This document shows, piece by piece, positions 29,688 through 40,662 of a stretch of DNA of 64,000 nt (positions within the stretch are counted from its first letter, which is position 1; each line of letters opens with the position of its first letter). This stretch comes from an uncultured Roseburia sp. (lineage in GTDB: Bacteria > Bacillota > Clostridia > Lachnospirales > Lachnospiraceae). The translations under genes and the position numbers were made by a program. The notes beneath the pieces were generated by a model. That model searched no databases, was not told the DNA's origin, and saw only the letters and a list, made by a program, of their open reading frames with translations. The stretch is from contig CAZAMD010000003.1 of the NCBI GenBank assembly GCA_964486485.1, positions 15,366-79,365 of the forward strand. The letters run 5' to 3'.

Positions 29688-30392
29688 ATGAACGAATTAT
29701 TATTAGCAGTCGGCCTGTTGGCGACTTTTGGCAGTGTGCTGCTGGCCTTTGCGCTTTTCGGCAGGACCGGCCTGTTCTGCTTTACCTGTTTTGCCACGAT
29801 TACGGCAAATATTGAGGTACTCATTCTGGTGAAAGCCTTTGGCATGGAAATGACACTGGGCAATATCTTATTCGCGTCCACCTTTTTGGTGACAGATATC
29901 TTAAGTGAGACTGCCGGAAAAAAAGAAGCGCAGAAAGCAGTCAACATCGGCATCTTTACGTCCGTGCTGTTCATCGCGCTCTCCCAAAGCTGGCTGCTTT
30001 ACCGCCCGAGCGCGAACGACTGGGCGCAAGAGCCGATACGGAGCGTGTTCTCGAACACGCCGAGGCTTATGATCGTCAGCGTCGCAGTCTATGCCATCTG
30101 CCAGAAGTTTGATGTCTGGGCGTATCACAGATGGTGGGCTTTCACCACAGAAAAATTCGGCGGGGACAGCAGGAGGTTCCTCTGGGTGAGGAACAATGGA
30201 TCTACGCTGATCTCCCAGCTGTTAAATACCATTTTATACAACCTTGGGGCATTCTGGGGAATGTACGAGCTTCCGACGCTCCTAAGCATCTGCCTCTCAG
30301 GATATGCGATCTTCATCGTGACAAGCCTGGCGGACACGCCCTTTCTCTATCTGGCGAGGAAAATGGCGGAACCGTCCCGCCGGAAACCTTAG
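29688..30392 (+). CDS. yhhQ: queuosine precursor transporter (YhhQ/VUT family)
   Basis: ANIEV, GNILFASTFLVTDILSE, QKFDVW, LWVRNNGSTLISQLLNT, DTPF. Confidence 0.88.
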   Translation: MNELLLAVGLLATFGSVLLAFALFGRTGLFCFTCFATITANIEVLILVKAFGMEMTLGNILFASTFLVTDILSETAGKKEAQKAVNIGIFTSVLFIALSQSWLLYRPSANDWAQEPIRSVFSNTPRLMIVSVAVYAICQKFDVWAYHRWWAFTTEKFGGDSRRFLWVRNNGSTLISQLLNTILYNLGAFWGMYELPTLLSICLSGYAIFIVTSLADTPFLYLARKMAEPSRRKP

Positions 30393-30421
30393 GCCGGCAA
30401 GAGGCCCGCATGGCTTTCTGC

Positions 30422-31231
30422 TCACGCAAGCTTCAGGAAAACCGGTTTCCGCTCTTGAAATACGGTGTAATAAGAAAACCCGGCATTCTTTAAAATCCCA
30501 GGGACTTTCTCAAACGCGAATGCCACATGCTCCGGGGCGTGGGCGTCAGAGCCGAGGGTGATGATCTCACCTCCCAGCTCCCGGTAGCGGATCAGGATGT
30601 CTTCCGAGGGATTCAGGCAGCCAGGGCCGCACTTCAAGCCTCCGGTGTTTAGCTCGATGCCTTTTCCCTTATCGATCAAAAGCCTTAAAATCTCATCAAT
30701 GATGTCGGCGTACTGCCGGAAAGAATAGGGCGTTCCGCCGCCTGGCCCATAGCGCGCCACATAGTCGAGGTGGCCGTACACGTCAAATCCGTCAAAGGCA
30801 CGGACATTTTCCAGAATGGAAATAAAATATTCCCGGTATGCCTCCTCTCTGGAACGGTTCTCCCAATAGGGGGGATCATAGGGGTCAATGCCATGCACCA
30901 CATGGGAGGAGCCGATGACGAAGTCAAAGGGATACTCCGATAAAATAGCGGCATGGGCGGAGGCGAGATGGGGCTGCAAGCCTAATTCCACGCCGGAGCG
31001 GAGGGAAAAGGCGCCGGAAGGGCGCTCCTTTCGCGCTTTCATTGCCGCCCAGTAGGCTGGCAGATCCAAGAGAAAGAGCTTCGGGTCGCCCGGATAGTCT
31101 AAGTCCAGATGGTCGGTAAAACAGATCCCCCGCAGTCCCTTTGCCCTGGCGGCGGCGATCATCTGCCCCAGGGGAGCGCTGCTGTCGCCGGAAAATTGGC
31201 TGTGTATGTGAGTGTCCCATAAAGATAGCAT
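30422..31231 (-). CDS. PHP-family histidinol-phosphatase (HisJ/HisK-like)
   Basis: DTHIHSQFSGD, FTDH, GSSH, GHLDY, ELNT, GSDAH; GGAGG RBS. Confidence 0.87.
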   Translation of the reverse strand: MLSLWDTHIHSQFSGDSSAPLGQMIAAARAKGLRGICFTDHLDLDYPGDPKLFLLDLPAYWAAMKARKERPSGAFSLRSGVELGLQPHLASAHAAILSEYPFDFVIGSSHVVHGIDPYDPPYWENRSREEAYREYFISILENVRAFDGFDVYGHLDYVARYGPGGGTPYSFRQYADIIDEILRLLIDKGKGIELNTGGLKCGPGCLNPSEDILIRYRELGGEIITLGSDAHAPEHVAFAFEKVPGILKNAGFSYYTVFQERKPVFLKLA

Positions 31232-31433
31232 AAAATCCTCCATTCCAAAAACGCATCCGCGCAGAGCGCCGCGGGGAAACCAGTCCGCGAGAGCGGCAGT
31301 TTCAGCAGTCTGCAAAAGCGGGGTTCTGCCGGATCAAAAGTCAGTTCCAGTTTACCTTATTTTTGGAAGAAAAAGAAGACATTGTCTTTCATTTTGTACA
31401 AAATTCCAGAAAAAAGCCCTGAAAACAAGGGAT

Positions 31434-31451
31434 TGGTGAAAAATTTAACAA
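31434..31451. promoter_or_regulatory. putative Rex operator upstream of gap operon
   Basis: TGGTGAA-AAAT-TTAACAA resembles TTGT(G/T)AA-N4-TT(C/A)ACAA. Confidence 0.55.
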
Positions 31452-31476
31452 ACTGGAATAAAGTGGCGAAAAAAGC

Positions 31477-31505
31477 TTGAACTTTCCGGCTGAATTGGGT
31501 AGAAT
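31477..31505 (+). promoter_or_regulatory. sigmaA promoter of gap operon
   Basis: TTGAAC-17bp-TAGAAT. Confidence 0.65.
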
Positions 31506-31564
31506 ATAAAGAGCTTGGGAAACATTCCGCAGGTTAGACACAAAAATTCTAGGAGGAATAAAAA

Positions 31565-32566
31565 ATGGCAGTAAGAGTAGCAATCAATGGTTTTGGCCGT
31601 ATCGGCCGTCTTGCTTTCAGACAGATGTTTGGAGCAGAAGGGTACGAGGTAGTAGCGATCAACGATCTGACAAGCCCCACGATGTTAGCGCACTTGTTGA
31701 AATACGATTCTTCTCAGGGAAAATATGCCTTGGCGGACAAGGTATCTGCCGGAGAGGATTCCATTACGGTTGACGGGAAAGAGATCAAGATCTACGCATT
31801 TCCGGATGCAAACAACTGCCCATGGGGAGACTTGAAAGTGGACGTTGTATTAGAGTGTTCCGGCTTCTATACAAGCAAAGCAAAAGCGCAGGCTCATATC
31901 AATGCGGGCGCCAGAAAAGTTGTTATCTCTGCTCCAGCGGGAAATGACCTTCCTACGATCGTATATAATGTAAACCACACCACTTTAAAGCCGGAGGATA
32001 CCATCATCTCCGCGGCTTCCTGCACCACGAACTGCTTAGCGCCCATGGCGAAAGCGTTGAATGATCTGGCAGGGATCAAATCCGGCATCATGAGCACCAT
32101 CCACTCTTACACAGGCGACCAGATGACTCTGGACGGTCCTCAGAGAAAGGGTGACTTGAGAAGATCCCGTGCGGCAGCGGTCAATATCGTTCCAAACAGC
32201 ACAGGCGCTGCAAAGGCGATCGGACTGGTTATCCCGGAGCTGAACGGGAAACTGATCGGTTCCGCACAGCGTGTTCCATGCCCGACAGGCTCCACCACCA
32301 TTTTAGTGGCAACTGTTGAGAAATCCGTGACCGTTGATGAGATCAACCAGGCGATGAAAGCGGCGGCAAATGAGTCCTATGCTTACAACGAGGAGGAGAT
32401 CGTATCCAGCGACATCATCGGAAGCACGGCAGGCTCTATCTTCGATGCTACCCAGACCATGGTCGGCGCGGACAACTTAGTACAGGTGGTTGCTTGGTAT
32501 GACAACGAGAACAGCTATACCTCTCAGATGGTAAGGACCATCAAATACTTCAGCGAGCTTGCTTAA
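31565..32566 (+). CDS. gap: glyceraldehyde-3-phosphate dehydrogenase
   Basis: [21 protein letters not shown]. Confidence 0.98.
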   Translation: MAVRVAINGFGRIGRLAFRQMFGAEGYEVVAINDLTSPTMLAHLLKYDSSQGKYALADKVSAGEDSITVDGKEIKIYAFPDANNCPWGDLKVDVVLECSGFYTSKAKAQAHINAGARKVVISAPAGNDLPTIVYNVNHTTLKPEDTIISAASCTTNCLAPMAKALNDLAGIKSGIMSTIHSYTGDQMTLDGPQRKGDLRRSRAAAVNIVPNSTGAAKAIGLVIPELNGKLIGSAQRVPCPTGSTTILVATVEKSVTVDEINQAMKAAANESYAYNEEEIVSSDIIGSTAGSIFDATQTMVGADNLVQVVAWYDNENSYTSQMVRTIKYFSELA

Positions 32567-32679
32567 CAGAGCGTTCGCGCACCAGTCTTTTGTAGCATCA
32601 TATGAGGCTTTTTACAGGTCCGGTCCTATTGGACCGGGCCTGTTTTGCAGAACAAAAACAGGTAAAGGAGGACATACCC

Positions 32680-33903
32680 ATGTCATTAAATAAAAAATCA
32701 GTAGATGATATCAACGTAAAAGGAAGAAGAGTCCTTGTGAGATGTGATTTCAACGTACCTTTGAAAGGGGGCGAGATCACGGACGACACACGCATCGCGG
32801 CGGCGCTGCCGACCATACAGAAACTGATCGGCGACGGCGGGAAGGTCATTCTCTGTTCCCACCTCGGAAAAGTAAAGAACGGGCCGAACGAGGGAGAATC
32901 CCTAGCTCCGGTTGCAAAGAGGCTCTCTGAGAAGCTCGGCAGAGAGGTGAAGTTCGTTTCGGATTACAACGTCACCGGGGAGGCGGCTTCCGCGGCAGTG
33001 GCAGCCATGAAAGAGGGGGACGTCGTATTATTGCAGAATACACGCTTCCGCGGCGCGGAGGAAACGAAGAACGGAGAGGCGTTCAGCAAAGAGCTCGCGG
33101 ATCTGGCAGATGATTATGTATGCGACGCGTTCGGATCGTCCCACAGAGCACATGCTTCCGTTGCGGGCGTTACCAGATATATCACAGAAAAAGGCGGCTC
33201 TAACGTTGTCGGTTATCTGATGCAGAAAGAAATCAATTTCCTGGGAAATGCGGTGGAGAATCCGGTAAGGCCTTTCGTTGCCATTTTAGGCGGAGCGAAG
33301 GTTGCCGACAAATTAAATGTCATCTCGAATCTGCTTGAGAAATGCGATACCTTAATCATCGGCGGCGGCATGGCTTATACCTTCTTAAAGGCAAAAGGAT
33401 TTGAGATCGGAAAATCTTTAGTAGACGATACCAAAATCGATTACTGTAAAGAAATGATGGACAAAGCGGAAAAACTCGGCAAAAAGCTTCTGCTTCCCGT
33501 GGATTCCGTAACGATCAAAGATTTCCCGAATCCAATCGACGCTCCGGTGGACGCGGTAACGTATGCTGTGGAGGAGATGCCGGCAGACAGAGAGGGATGC
33601 GACATCGGGCCAAAGACACAGGCGCTGTATGCGGAAGCTGTTAAGACGGCAAAAACCGTCGTATGGAACGGGCCTATGGGCGTGTTTGAGAACCCGACCC
33701 TTGCGAAAGGAACGATTGCGGTGGCAGAGGCGCTAGCAGAGACGGAAGCTACGACCATCATCGGCGGCGGAGATTCCGCTGCGGCTGTCAACCAGCTGGG
33801 CTTTGCCGATAAGATGAGCCACATTTCAACCGGCGGCGGCGCTTCCTTAGAGTTTTTAGAGGGAAAAGAGCTTCCTGGCGTAGCCGCTGCAGATGATAAA
33901 TAA
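32680..33903 (+). CDS. pgk: phosphoglycerate kinase
   Basis: [28 protein letters not shown]; start moved to MSLNKK. Confidence 0.97.
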   Translation: MSLNKKSVDDINVKGRRVLVRCDFNVPLKGGEITDDTRIAAALPTIQKLIGDGGKVILCSHLGKVKNGPNEGESLAPVAKRLSEKLGREVKFVSDYNVTGEAASAAVAAMKEGDVVLLQNTRFRGAEETKNGEAFSKELADLADDYVCDAFGSSHRAHASVAGVTRYITEKGGSNVVGYLMQKEINFLGNAVENPVRPFVAILGGAKVADKLNVISNLLEKCDTLIIGGGMAYTFLKAKGFEIGKSLVDDTKIDYCKEMMDKAEKLGKKLLLPVDSVTIKDFPNPIDAPVDAVTYAVEEMPADREGCDIGPKTQALYAEAVKTAKTVVWNGPMGVFENPTLAKGTIAVAEALAETEATTIIGGGDSAAAVNQLGFADKMSHISTGGGASLEFLEGKELPGVAAADDK

Positions 33904-33976
33904 GACCGAACGGCACGGAAAGGCTTAAAGTGCTCCGCTGCGTGAAACGGAAACAGAGGGAAAGAGGAGGAGAGCA

Positions 33977-34726
33977 ATGGCAAGAAAAAAAATCATAGCA
34001 GGCAACTGGAAGATGAACATGACGCCGAGTCAGGCAGTTGCCCTCGCGGAAGAATTAAAACCGCTCGTAAAAAATGACGAAGCAGAGGTTGTGTACTGCG
34101 TTCCGGCAATCGACATTGTCCCTGTCGTGGAGGCAGTCAAAGGGACAAACGTGGCAGTCGGCGCGGAAAATATGTATTATGAGGAAAACGGAGCGTACAC
34201 GGGAGAGATTTCTCCCGAGATGCTGGTGGACGCGGGCGTGAAATATGTCATTATCGGACATTCCGAGAGGCGTGATTATTTCAAGGAATGTGACTGCATG
34301 ATCAACAAAAAAGTGAAAAAAGCCCTCGAGCATGGCCTGATCCCGATCCTCTGCTGCGGAGAATCTTTAGAGCAGAGGGAGCTTGGCGTCACCCTCGACT
34401 GGATAAGGCTGCAGATCAAATCCGATTTAAAGGATGTGACGGCAGAGCAGGCGGCTTCCATAGTGATCGCCTACGAACCGATCTGGGCGATCGGAACCGG
34501 AAAAACAGCCACGACAGAACAGGCGCAGGAGGTCTGCAAGGCGATCCGCTCCTGCATTGCAGAGATTTACGATGAGGATACGGCAGAGAGCGTCCGCATC
34601 CAGTACGGCGGCTCTGTGAATGCGGGAAACGCGGCGGAACTGTTCGCGCAGCCGGACATCGACGGCGGTCTTGTCGGCGGCGCTTCCTTAAAGGCGGATT
34701 TTGGAAAAATCGTCAATTATAAGTAA
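33977..34726 (+). CDS. tpiA: triosephosphate isomerase
   Basis: [24 protein letters not shown]. Confidence 0.98.
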   Translation: MARKKIIAGNWKMNMTPSQAVALAEELKPLVKNDEAEVVYCVPAIDIVPVVEAVKGTNVAVGAENMYYEENGAYTGEISPEMLVDAGVKYVIIGHSERRDYFKECDCMINKKVKKALEHGLIPILCCGESLEQRELGVTLDWIRLQIKSDLKDVTAEQAASIVIAYEPIWAIGTGKTATTEQAQEVCKAIRSCIAEIYDEDTAESVRIQYGGSVNAGNAAELFAQPDIDGGLVGGASLKADFGKIVNYK

Positions 34727-34978
34727 ATAGTCCGAGGGGGCTGCCGCGCGAAAGGAGTTCGGACATTCCTGCGGCGCCCCCTTTTCCGCTGAAAGGACGC
34801 CAGGGGAAACGGCGCGGGGCGAGCGGCGGCATCCGGCTGCCGCATGGATGCACCGTGGAGGAAATGATTATGAAAAAAGGCGGAGGTTACAGGGATTTGA
34901 GGGAAATGCCATCGGTATCCGGCAACCGCAGGAAATAAAGGAGATCAGCCGCTGCAGGCGGCGGAAAGTGAGGAAAAA

Positions 34979-36520
34979 ATGAGCAAGAAACCTACCGTAT
35001 TGATGATTTTAGACGGTTTCGGATTAAATGAAAAGACGGAGGGGAATGCCATAGCGCAGGCAGATACGCCCAACATCGACAGTCTCATGAAAGACTGCCC
35101 TTTTGTGAAAGGATATGCCAGCGGCCTTGCCGTTGGGCTTCCAGACGGACAGATGGGAAATTCTGAGGTAGGCCATCTGAATATGGGCGCGGGGAGGATT
35201 GTCTATCAGGAGCTGACAAGGATCACCAAAGAGATCGAAAACGGGGACTTTTTCAAAAACGAAGCCTTGCTGGCGGGGATTGCCAATGTGAAAAAAAATG
35301 ATTCCGATCTGCATTTGTATGGATTGCTCTCTGACGGCGGCGTCCACAGCCATATCACCCATCTTTACGGCCTGCTGGAGTTAGCGAAAAGAGAGGGTGT
35401 GGAGCGTGTTTATGTGCATTGCTTCCTGGATGGGCGCGATACGTCCCCCACTTCCGGCAAAGGCTTTGTAGAGCAGCTGGAAGAAAAAATGAAGGAGATC
35501 GGCGTGGGAAAAATCGCTTCCATTTCCGGCCGGTACTATGCGATGGACCGCGACAACAGGTGGGACCGTGTGGAGAAGGCTTACAGCGTACTGACGAAGG
35601 GCGAGGGAGAGACGGCGGAGAGCGCGGCCGCAGCCATGGAGGCCTCCTATGCCAAAGAGGTGACAGATGAGTTCTTCGTTCCCACCGCGATCACAGAGAA
35701 CGGGCAGCCCCGTGCCATCGTCAAAGACGGGGATACCATCATCTTTTTCAACTTCCGTCCAGACCGCGCCCGCGAGATTACCAGAGCATTCTGCGCAGAT
35801 GATTTCGATGGATTTGACAGGGGCGCGAGAAAAGACGTCACCTATATCTGCTTTACGGAGTATGATGTCACCATCCCGAACAAAGCAGTCGCTTTCAAGA
35901 AAGTGGAGCTGAAAAACACCTTTGGGGCGTATCTGGCAGCCCACGGAAAGACCCAGGCGAGGATCGCCGAGACAGAAAAATATGCCCATGTGACCTTCTT
36001 CTTCAACGGCGGCGTGGAAGAGCCGAACGAGGGAGAAGACCGCATTCTGGTGAAGTCCCCCAAGGTTGCCACTTATGATCTTAAGCCGGAGATGAGCGCG
36101 CCGGAGGTCTGCGAAAAGCTCTGCGAGGCGATCCGTTCCGGAAAATACGACGTGATCATCACAAACTTTGCAAACCCGGATATGGTAGGCCATACGGGGA
36201 TCCTGGAGGCCGCCAAAAAGGCGGTGGAGACCGTGGACGCCTGCGTCGGAAAGGCAGTTGCGGCATTAAAGGAAGTGGACGGACAGATGTTCTTATGCGC
36301 GGATCACGGAAATGTCGAGCAGCTGATCGATGAAGAGACGGGCGCGCCGTTTACCGCCCATACCACGAATCCGGTGCCGTTCCTTTTGATCAACGCAGAC
36401 CCGTCCTATGGACTGCGGGAGGGAGGCTGCCTTGCCGACATTATACCGACCATGATCGAACTGATGGGCATGGAGCAGCCGCCTGAGATGACCGGAAAAT
36501 CCCTGTTGATAAAAAAATAA
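34979..36520 (+). CDS. gpmI: 2,3-bisphosphoglycerate-independent phosphoglycerate mutase
   Basis: GQMGNSEVGH, GRYYAMDRD, NPDMVGHTG. Confidence 0.97.
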   Translation: MSKKPTVLMILDGFGLNEKTEGNAIAQADTPNIDSLMKDCPFVKGYASGLAVGLPDGQMGNSEVGHLNMGAGRIVYQELTRITKEIENGDFFKNEALLAGIANVKKNDSDLHLYGLLSDGGVHSHITHLYGLLELAKREGVERVYVHCFLDGRDTSPTSGKGFVEQLEEKMKEIGVGKIASISGRYYAMDRDNRWDRVEKAYSVLTKGEGETAESAAAAMEASYAKEVTDEFFVPTAITENGQPRAIVKDGDTIIFFNFRPDRAREITRAFCADDFDGFDRGARKDVTYICFTEYDVTIPNKAVAFKKVELKNTFGAYLAAHGKTQARIAETEKYAHVTFFFNGGVEEPNEGEDRILVKSPKVATYDLKPEMSAPEVCEKLCEAIRSGKYDVIITNFANPDMVGHTGILEAAKKAVETVDACVGKAVAALKEVDGQMFLCADHGNVEQLIDEETGAPFTAHTTNPVPFLLINADPSYGLREGGCLADIIPTMIELMGMEQPPEMTGKSLLIKK

Positions 36521-36573
36521 GGAAAACAGAGGAGCTTCCATAAGCGCCCTTCCTGTGGAAACAGGCAAAAGCA

Positions 36574-36603
36574 TTGACTTTACAAAAGCCTCTGTATTAT
36601 AAT
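36574..36603 (+). promoter_or_regulatory. sigmaA promoter of purC-purF-purB
   Basis: TTGACT-18bp-TATAAT. Confidence 0.65.
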
Positions 36604-36661
36604 TTCTGAGTAACGTTGTATCACAGACACATTGGTGCTTTAGCGCCGGAAAAGAGGATAA

Positions 36662-37546
36662 ATGACCATGGAAACACAAGCATTTCTTCCGGTAAAAGAA
36701 GGGAAGGTACGCGAGGTATATGACAATGGGGAGAGCCTGATCATTGTTGCGACGGACAGGATTTCCGCTTTTGACCATATCTTGAAAAACAAAATCACAA
36801 AAAAAGGCGCTATTTTGACCCAGATGTCGAAATTCTGGTTTGATTTCACCAGGGATATCGTGCCAAACCACATGATTTCCGCGGATGTCAAGGATATGCC
36901 GGAATTTTTCCGACAGGAGAGATTTGATGGCAATAGCATGATGTGCAAAAAATTAGAGATGCTCCCGATCGAATGCATTGTCCGCGGTTATATTACAGGA
37001 AGCGGCTGGGAAAGCTACAAAGAAAACGGTACGGTCTGCGGCATCACCCTGCCGGAGGGCTTATCGGAATCGGATAAGCTGCCGGAGCCTGTCTATACGC
37101 CAAGCACCAAGGCGGAGATCGGGCTTCATGACGAGAACATTTCCTTTGAGAGGAGCGTGGAGATATTAGAGGAGCTTTATCCGGGCAAGGGCGCGGGATA
37201 TGCGGAAAAAATCAGGGAGCATACCATCGCCTTATACAAAAAATGCGCGGAATACGCTCTGGGCAGAGGCATCATCATTGCGGATACCAAGTTTGAGTTC
37301 GGATTAGATGAAAACGGGACAATCGTCTTAGGAGATGAAATGCTCACGCCGGACAGTTCCAGATTCTGGCCAAGGGAGGGGTATGAGCCGGGAAAATCCC
37401 AGCCCTCCTTTGACAAGCAGTATGTGAGGGACTGGTTAAAAGCGAACCCGGACAGCGGATACCTGCTGCCGGAGGATGTGATCGCGAAAACAGTGGAAAA
37501 ATACGAAGAAGCGTTTGCGCTGCTGACAGGTAAGAAATTTTCATAG
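36662..37546 (+). CDS. purC: SAICAR synthase
   Basis: GKVREVY, TDRISAFD, ADTKFEFG, TPDSSRFW. Confidence 0.96.
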   Translation: MTMETQAFLPVKEGKVREVYDNGESLIIVATDRISAFDHILKNKITKKGAILTQMSKFWFDFTRDIVPNHMISADVKDMPEFFRQERFDGNSMMCKKLEMLPIECIVRGYITGSGWESYKENGTVCGITLPEGLSESDKLPEPVYTPSTKAEIGLHDENISFERSVEILEELYPGKGAGYAEKIREHTIALYKKCAEYALGRGIIIADTKFEFGLDENGTIVLGDEMLTPDSSRFWPREGYEPGKSQPSFDKQYVRDWLKANPDSGYLLPEDVIAKTVEKYEEAFALLTGKKFS

Positions 37547-37562
37547 GGGAGAGCCTGTAGTT

Positions 37563-39044
37563 ATGAATGAGAACAATTTCAGGAGACCCGCGGCTTTGGA
37601 TGCGGATTTCTGTGGGAGCGGAATCGATACAGACGGACTGCGCGAGGAATGCGGCGTGTTCGGAATGTATGATTTTGATGGAAAGGACGTCGCCTCTTCC
37701 ATCTATTACGGCCTGTTTGCCCTGCAGCACAGAGGGCAGGAAAGCTGCGGCATCGCGGTCAGCGAAACCACAGGCCCGAAGAGGAAGGTCGCTTCTTACA
37801 AAGGAATGGGACTGGTCAATGAAGTGTTCAGCCAGGAGAACCTGGAGACGATGCGGGGAGATATCGGCGTGGGGCATGTGCGCTATTCCACCGCCGGAGC
37901 CTCCACCCGCGAAAATGCCCAGCCTCTGGTATTGAATTATGTGAAGGGAACGCTGGCTCTTGCCCACAACGGCAATCTGATCAATGCCAAGGAGCTTCGG
38001 GAGGATTTAGAGTATACGGGAGCGATTTTCCAGACGACGATCGATTCCGAAGTGATCGCCTATCATATCGCCAGGGAGAGGTTAAACAGCCAGACGGTCG
38101 AGGAGGCCGTCAGCAGAGCCTGCAGAAAGATCGAGGGCGCGTACTCTCTGGTTGTGATGAGTCCCCGCAAGCTGATCGCGGTAAGAGATCCTTTCGGTTT
38201 CAAGCCCCTCTGCATCGGAAAGCGGGACAACGCCTATATTGTGGCCTCTGAGAGCTGCGCCCTCGATACGGTAGGGGCGGAGTTCATCCGGGATGTGCTT
38301 CCGGGAGAGCTTGTCACGATCACGCCCGAGGATGGCATACAATCCGATTTATCCATGGCGGTGCCAAAGCATCGGCAAGCCAGATGCATCTTTGAATATA
38401 TTTATTTTGCAAGGCCCGACAGCCACATCGATGAGGTCAGCGTCTATGCCGCGAGGATCCAGGCCGGCAGATTTCTGGCGATGGACTCCCCCGTGGAGGC
38501 GGATCTCGTAGTGGGAGTGCCGGAGTCCGGCAACGCGGCGGCGCTGGGATATTCCCAGCAGTCCGGCATTCCCTACGGGACCGCTTTCGTAAAAAATTCC
38601 TATGTGGGGAGGACGTTCATAAAGCCAAAGCAGAGCAGCAGGGAATCCAGTGTGAAAGTAAAACTGAATGTCTTAAGAGAGGCGGTAGGCGGCAAGCGGG
38701 TGATCATGATCGATGATTCCATCGTCCGCGGCACCACCTCCAATCCTACCATCAAACTGCTGCGGGAGGCGGGCGCAAAAGAGGTTCATGTGCGCATCAG
38801 CTCCCCGCCTTTCCTGTGGCCCTGCTACTTTGGGACGGACATTCCAGAGCGGGAGCAGCTGATCGCCTTTGAGCGGTCCGTTGAGGAGATACGGGACATC
38901 ATCGGAGCCGATTCCCTGGGATATCTCGGAATTGACCGTCTTGAGGAAATGGTAAGCGGATTGGGCATCTGCAAGGGATGCTTTACCGGGGAATACCCCA
39001 TGAAACCGCCGAGCGGGGACATCAGGGGGGATTTTGAGCGCTGA
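37563..39044 (+). CDS. purF: amidophosphoribosyltransferase
   Basis: EECGVFG, QHRGQE, GHVRYST, IDDSIVRGTT. Confidence 0.96.
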   Translation: MNENNFRRPAALDADFCGSGIDTDGLREECGVFGMYDFDGKDVASSIYYGLFALQHRGQESCGIAVSETTGPKRKVASYKGMGLVNEVFSQENLETMRGDIGVGHVRYSTAGASTRENAQPLVLNYVKGTLALAHNGNLINAKELREDLEYTGAIFQTTIDSEVIAYHIARERLNSQTVEEAVSRACRKIEGAYSLVVMSPRKLIAVRDPFGFKPLCIGKRDNAYIVASESCALDTVGAEFIRDVLPGELVTITPEDGIQSDLSMAVPKHRQARCIFEYIYFARPDSHIDEVSVYAARIQAGRFLAMDSPVEADLVVGVPESGNAAALGYSQQSGIPYGTAFVKNSYVGRTFIKPKQSSRESSVKVKLNVLREAVGGKRVIMIDDSIVRGTTSNPTIKLLREAGAKEVHVRISSPPFLWPCYFGTDIPEREQLIAFERSVEEIRDIIGADSLGYLGIDRLEEMVSGLGICKGCFTGEYPMKPPSGDIRGDFER

Positions 39045-39090
39045 AAGCTCCTTTGCGGGAAGCGGCGCACAAAGAGAGAAGGAGAACGAC

Positions 39091-40542
39091 ATGAGTACAG
39101 ACAGATATGCAAGCCCCTTGTCGGAGCGTTATGCCAGCAGGGAAATGCAGTATATTTTTTCACAGGATATGAAATTTAAAACCTGGAGAAAGCTATGGAT
39201 CGCCTTAGCCGAGACAGAGATGGAATTGGGGCTGAACGAAAACGGAAAGCCGGTCATTTCGCAGGAGCAGATTGACGAGCTGAAGGAACATGCGGAAGAT
39301 ATCAATTATGAAGTGGCAAGAGAGCGTGAAAGAACGGTCCGCCACGATGTGATGAGCCATGTCTATGCTTATGGGCAGCAGTGTCCGAAAGCGGCCGGCA
39401 TCATCCATCTCGGAGCGACGTCCTGCTATGTGGGCGACAATACCGATATCATCGTGATGCGCGAGGCGTTAAAGCTGGTCCGCGTGAAGCTGATCAATGT
39501 GATCGCGAAGCTTGCAGAGTTCGCAGACGCCTATAAGCAGCTGCCGACCCTGGCATTCACCCATTTCCAGCCGGCGCAGCCCACCACGGTGGGAAAGAGG
39601 GCGACTCTCTGGGCGCAGGAATTTCTCATGGATTTAGAGGATCTGGAATATGTGATGGGCAGCCTGAAGCTCTTAGGATCGAAAGGAACTACGGGAACGC
39701 AGGCAAGCTTTCTGGAATTATTCAACGGCGATCAGGAAACCATTGATAAGATTGACCCGATGATAGCGCGAAAGATGGGATTTGAGCAGTGTTATGCCGT
39801 TTCCGGCCAGACCTATTCCAGAAAGGTGGATACCAGAGTCGCCAATATCTTAGCGGGCATAGCGGCAAGCGCCCATAAGCTCTCCAACGATATCCGCCTG
39901 CTGCAGCACTTAAAGGAAGTGGAAGAGCCGTTTGAGAAAGAGCAGATCGGTTCTTCCGCCATGGCATACAAAAGGAATCCGATGCGTTCGGAACGGATCG
40001 CCTCTCTATCGCGCTATGTGATGATCGATGCTTTGAATCCGGCGATCACATCTGCGTCCCAGTGGTTTGAGAGGACCTTAGACGATTCCGCGAACAAAAG
40101 GCTCTCCATCCCGGAGGGATTTCTTGCGGTTGACGGTATCTTAGACCTGTGCCTAAACGTTGTGGACGGGCTTGTGGTCTATGACAAGGTGATCTCCAAG
40201 CATATGATGGCAGAGCTTCCTTTCATGGCAACGGAAAACATCATGATGGATGCCGTGAAAAACGGAGGGAACCGTCAGGAGCTGCACGAGAAGATCCGCA
40301 CCCTGTCCATGCAGGCCGGAAAAACCGTGAAAGAAGAAGGGAAAGAAAACAATCTCTTGGAGCTGATCGCGGAAGATCCGGAATTTAAGCTTACCTTAGA
40401 GGAGCTTAAGGCGGCGATGGAGCCGTCAAAGTATGTGGGACGCGCGCCTCTCCAGGTGGATCAATTCTTAAAGGAAGCAGTCGCTCCGATTTTGCGTGAA
40501 AATCAGGATATCTTAGGCGTAAAAGCTGAGATAAGGGTATAA
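39091..40542 (+). CDS. purB: adenylosuccinate lyase
   Basis: RHDVM, THFQPAQ, GSSAMAYKRNP; AAGGAG RBS before ATG 39091. Confidence 0.96.
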   Translation: MSTDRYASPLSERYASREMQYIFSQDMKFKTWRKLWIALAETEMELGLNENGKPVISQEQIDELKEHAEDINYEVARERERTVRHDVMSHVYAYGQQCPKAAGIIHLGATSCYVGDNTDIIVMREALKLVRVKLINVIAKLAEFADAYKQLPTLAFTHFQPAQPTTVGKRATLWAQEFLMDLEDLEYVMGSLKLLGSKGTTGTQASFLELFNGDQETIDKIDPMIARKMGFEQCYAVSGQTYSRKVDTRVANILAGIAASAHKLSNDIRLLQHLKEVEEPFEKEQIGSSAMAYKRNPMRSERIASLSRYVMIDALNPAITSASQWFERTLDDSANKRLSIPEGFLAVDGILDLCLNVVDGLVVYDKVISKHMMAELPFMATENIMMDAVKNGGNRQELHEKIRTLSMQAGKTVKEEGKENNLLELIAEDPEFKLTLEELKAAMEPSKYVGRAPLQVDQFLKEAVAPILRENQDILGVKAEIRV

Positions 40543-40561
40543 CGCAGAGGGCAGAAAGCCG

Positions 40562-40616
40562 GCCGGGAGGATTTCATTTTTGCAAAGCGCAAAAATGGAG
40601 CCTCCCGGCTTTTTCT
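40562..40616. terminator. terminator between convergent purB and degV
   Basis: GCCGGGAGG...CCTCCCGGC stem followed by T-tract. Confidence 0.7.
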
Positions 40617-40662
40617 CACTGCCCCAGCCAGATCCTTTCGGAGAAAAGCGGTTTCCTGCCGC

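Noticed and set aside
36604-36661. Purine or ZTP riboswitch before purC (also checked guaB and purL leaders)
   Set aside because: The leaders are too short or repetitive and lack the recognisable conserved cores.
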